NCBI GenBank assembly: GCA_038734945.1
Contig: JAVYOA010000002.1
Coordinates: 372,001 to 422,013 of the forward strand
Reading direction: 5' to 3'
From: Fervidicoccaceae archaeon
GTDB taxonomy: Archaea > Thermoproteota > Thermoprotei_A > Sulfolobales > Fervidicoccaceae
DNA: 50,013 bases
Made by a program: the position numbers and the translations under genes. A model generated the notes under the pieces. That model was not told where the DNA came from. It saw only the letters and a program-made list of their open reading frames with translations, and did no database searches. This document shows positions 47,971-50,013 of this stretch, piece by piece (positions within the stretch are counted from its first letter, which is position 1; every line of letters starts with the position of its first letter).

Positions 47971-49179
47971 TCACTGCTTCCACGCTGCCTTAAGCACTCT
48001 GAGTATATTTCCTCCGATGACCTTAGCTATTTCATCGTCTGAGTATCCATGCTTAACTAGCCACCTAATAATATTTGGGAACTCCGATGGATTCTCCAGC
48101 CCATCGACGAATGGTACCTTCTCATAAGGCGGAAGCCCCTCCTCGCTGCTTGCCTTTATCGAGAGGTACTCTGCAAATACCTTATGAAGGGCAACATGAT
48201 CACCAAACAGTGTATCAGGACCAAAAGCAACGTAATCTATGCCAACCAGCTTCTCCACATATTGGAAGTGCTCCATTATGCTTTCCAGGCTATGTTTTGG
48301 ATGATTTCTTGTTATGGTCGTATGCGGAGCAGCCTCAATTGCAAAGAACCCTCCCTTCTCAGCTATAGCATAGATCACCTCATCAGGCTTCATCCTGCGA
48401 GAGGGCCAGAGAGCTCTGGCTCCGGCATGAGTAACAACTACTGGATATTTCGAAGCCTCAATCACATCAATGCTTGTTTTGTCGCTCGCATGGGAAACAT
48501 CGATCAGGACACCTAGTTTGTTGAGCCTCTCCACAAGTGAATAACCGAGATCCGTGAGCCCCCTGTCATGCACGTCCGCTAGACCGCTTCCAAATTCATT
48601 ATTTTTGCTATAGACTACCCCCATCACTCTAACCCCAAGACCATATAGAACGTCGAGCTTTGTCAGATCTTCTCCGATCTTCGGTGGGCTTTCCAGAGAA
48701 ATCACCATGGCTATCTTTCCCTCTCTGAATGCCCTCTCTATATCTTCCACTTTTCTTGCAATGAACACAAGATCCTGGTGATCGATGTCAGCCTGCCAAA
48801 TGCCGATCTGGTGCACTACGTTTTCCCAATGCCATGAATCGGGTGAGAACATGAGAGCCGTGCCATCCATCATGTTCTCAAAAACTGCATCCAAACCAGA
48901 GAGAGCAAGACCTTCGTAGCCAATAAAGGGTCTTCCTGAACGGGAGTGCTCAACAAATTCTGAGGGATCCTCTGGGAATATCTCCGTGTGATCGTGTGCA
49001 GAAATAAGTATGTTTTTCTCAATAATTGATTGCACTCTCTCCTCTTCTGACTTGGAGAGATCGACCTTCGACGATGGAACCCTTCCTATCACCTTAGCGA
49101 GCTTGAAAGATTTATAGTCCTTGTTTTCTTCCAAAAACTGCCATGACTTGTATCCACTGTATTTTTTTCCCCATCCCAT
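47971..49179 (-). CDS. Membrane dipeptidase (peptidase M19)
   Basis: HDH, DVSH, THAG, GPD and GGNILRV motifs. Confidence 0.88.
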   Translation of the reverse strand: MGWGKKYSGYKSWQFLEENKDYKSFKLAKVIGRVPSSKVDLSKSEEERVQSIIEKNILISAHDHTEIFPEDPSEFVEHSRSGRPFIGYEGLALSGLDAVFENMMDGTALMFSPDSWHWENVVHQIGIWQADIDHQDLVFIARKVEDIERAFREGKIAMVISLESPPKIGEDLTKLDVLYGLGVRVMGVVYSKNNEFGSGLADVHDRGLTDLGYSLVERLNKLGVLIDVSHASDKTSIDVIEASKYPVVVTHAGARALWPSRRMKPDEVIYAIAEKGGFFAIEAAPHTTITRNHPKHSLESIMEHFQYVEKLVGIDYVAFGPDTLFGDHVALHKVFAEYLSIKASSEEGLPPYEKVPFVDGLENPSEFPNIIRWLVKHGYSDDEIAKVIGGNILRVLKAAWKQ

Positions 49180-49226
49180 CTTCCTTCACCTTTAGTAATC
49201 ATTCGCTGGGAAAAAGAGAAATTTCT

Positions 49227-50013
49227 TTATCTCTTCCTCTTGAGGAGGAAGGTAAATGCTCCCACACTAACTATAATGATCAACAATACGGCTATCCATA
49301 ATCCGGAACTAGATATGATTGTCGATGCTTGAGCTGTTGTTGTAGTCTGTGTGGTTGTTTGTGTTGTTGTTGGAGAAGTAGTTGTTGTAGTTTGTTGAGC
49401 AGCAGTTGTTGTTTTAGTTTGCAAAGGCAAATAATAGATATTCAGAAGCTGATCTGCAAAGTACCATTTTCCTCTAAGCGGAATATCGCTTCCAGCAAAA
49501 TCAGCAGAGAAGACGTTGACCCATGGCACTCTGTAGAGAACTATTTCCGGCAGATCCTTGTTTATGTACAGCTCAACCTGCTGAAGATAGGCTATCTGTT
49601 TATTTGGATCCGATTCCTTCATCCAAGCGTCAAGCAAGCTATCTACTTTAGAATTGTTGTAGTACATGACGTTTGTGAATGGGCCCTTTCCTATCCAGGC
49701 AGAATCGAAGAGCTGATATGTCCAAAGGGGAGATAGCCAGTATTTGCTCGTAGCTATTTGATACTGACCATTCGCCTGAAGATTCAGCCATGTAGCGAAA
49801 TCCACGCTCTTTATGACTACATTTATCCCTACATCCTTTAGCTGGTCCTTGACTAGCTGTGCAATTATCTGCTCATCTGCTTCTGGTCTTGTTAGCAGCT
49901 CGATTGTGAATCTCGTTCCATTGCTGGAGACTGGATATCCTGCCTCATCGAGGAGCTTGCTGGCGAGAGTTAAGTTCCTCTCGTAGTGTATCAGCCCGCT
50001 TGGAGGTGGGACG
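49227..50013 (-). CDS. Oligopeptide ABC substrate-binding protein (C-terminal part) with Thr-rich linker and C-terminal TM anchor
   Basis: SBP_bac_5-like text LLDEAGY..QLKDVGINV; poly-Thr stretch; hydrophobic tail ending KRKR. Confidence 0.85.
   Translation of the reverse strand, partial: VPPPSGLIHYERNLTLASKLLDEAGYPVSSNGTRFTIELLTRPEADEQIIAQLVKDQLKDVGINVVIKSVDFATWLNLQANGQYQIATSKYWLSPLWTYQLFDSAWIGKGPFTNVMYYNNSKVDSLLDAWMKESDPNKQIAYLQQVELYINKDLPEIVLYRVPWVNVFSADFAGSDIPLRGKWYFADQLLNIYYLPLQTKTTTAAQQTTTTTSPTTTQTTTQTTTTAQASTIISSSGLWIAVLLIIIVSVGAFTFLLKRKR

Noticed and set aside
49330..49420. GTT-rich tandem-like repeat
   Set aside because: Encodes the ordinary Thr-rich linker of a substrate-binding protein
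1..50013. CRISPR array, and the many antisense ORFs in the track
   Set aside because: No regularly spaced repeats seen; antisense ORFs are shadows of well-supported genes

Overview
Dense core-genome segment of a crenarchaeote (Thermoproteota). A Fervidicoccales/Desulfurococcales-like origin is inferred from gene content. It carries the informational superoperon dph2-METTL5-csl4-DUF2067-rpoL-tfs-PCNA-priS-(gins15)-rpl44e-rps27e-aIF2alpha-nop10. Ether-lipid genes are carS, the Aeropyrum-type mevalonate genes and tetraether synthase. Other genes include cdc6, archaeal CoA genes, aspS, tRNA-His, a pilus/secretion ATPase with two TadC-like proteins, feoB, an intact IS200/IS605 element (tnpA+tnpB) and peptide-utilisation genes. 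Highlights not in the ORF track: (1) a box C/D guide sRNA upstream of cdc6 whose +5 rule points to 16S C1402; (2) a second C/D-like sRNA apparently co-transcribed with tRNA-His; (3) an aIF2alpha gene whose conserved N-terminus has no canonical start and appears to begin at ACG among overlapping uORFs; (4) an NMP-kinase-like/NDT fusion coupled to a radical SAM gene; (5) a second degenerate IS left end bracketing a DUF296 gene. All family calls come from motif recognition, and the rRNA target sequences are recalled consensus; no searches were run.
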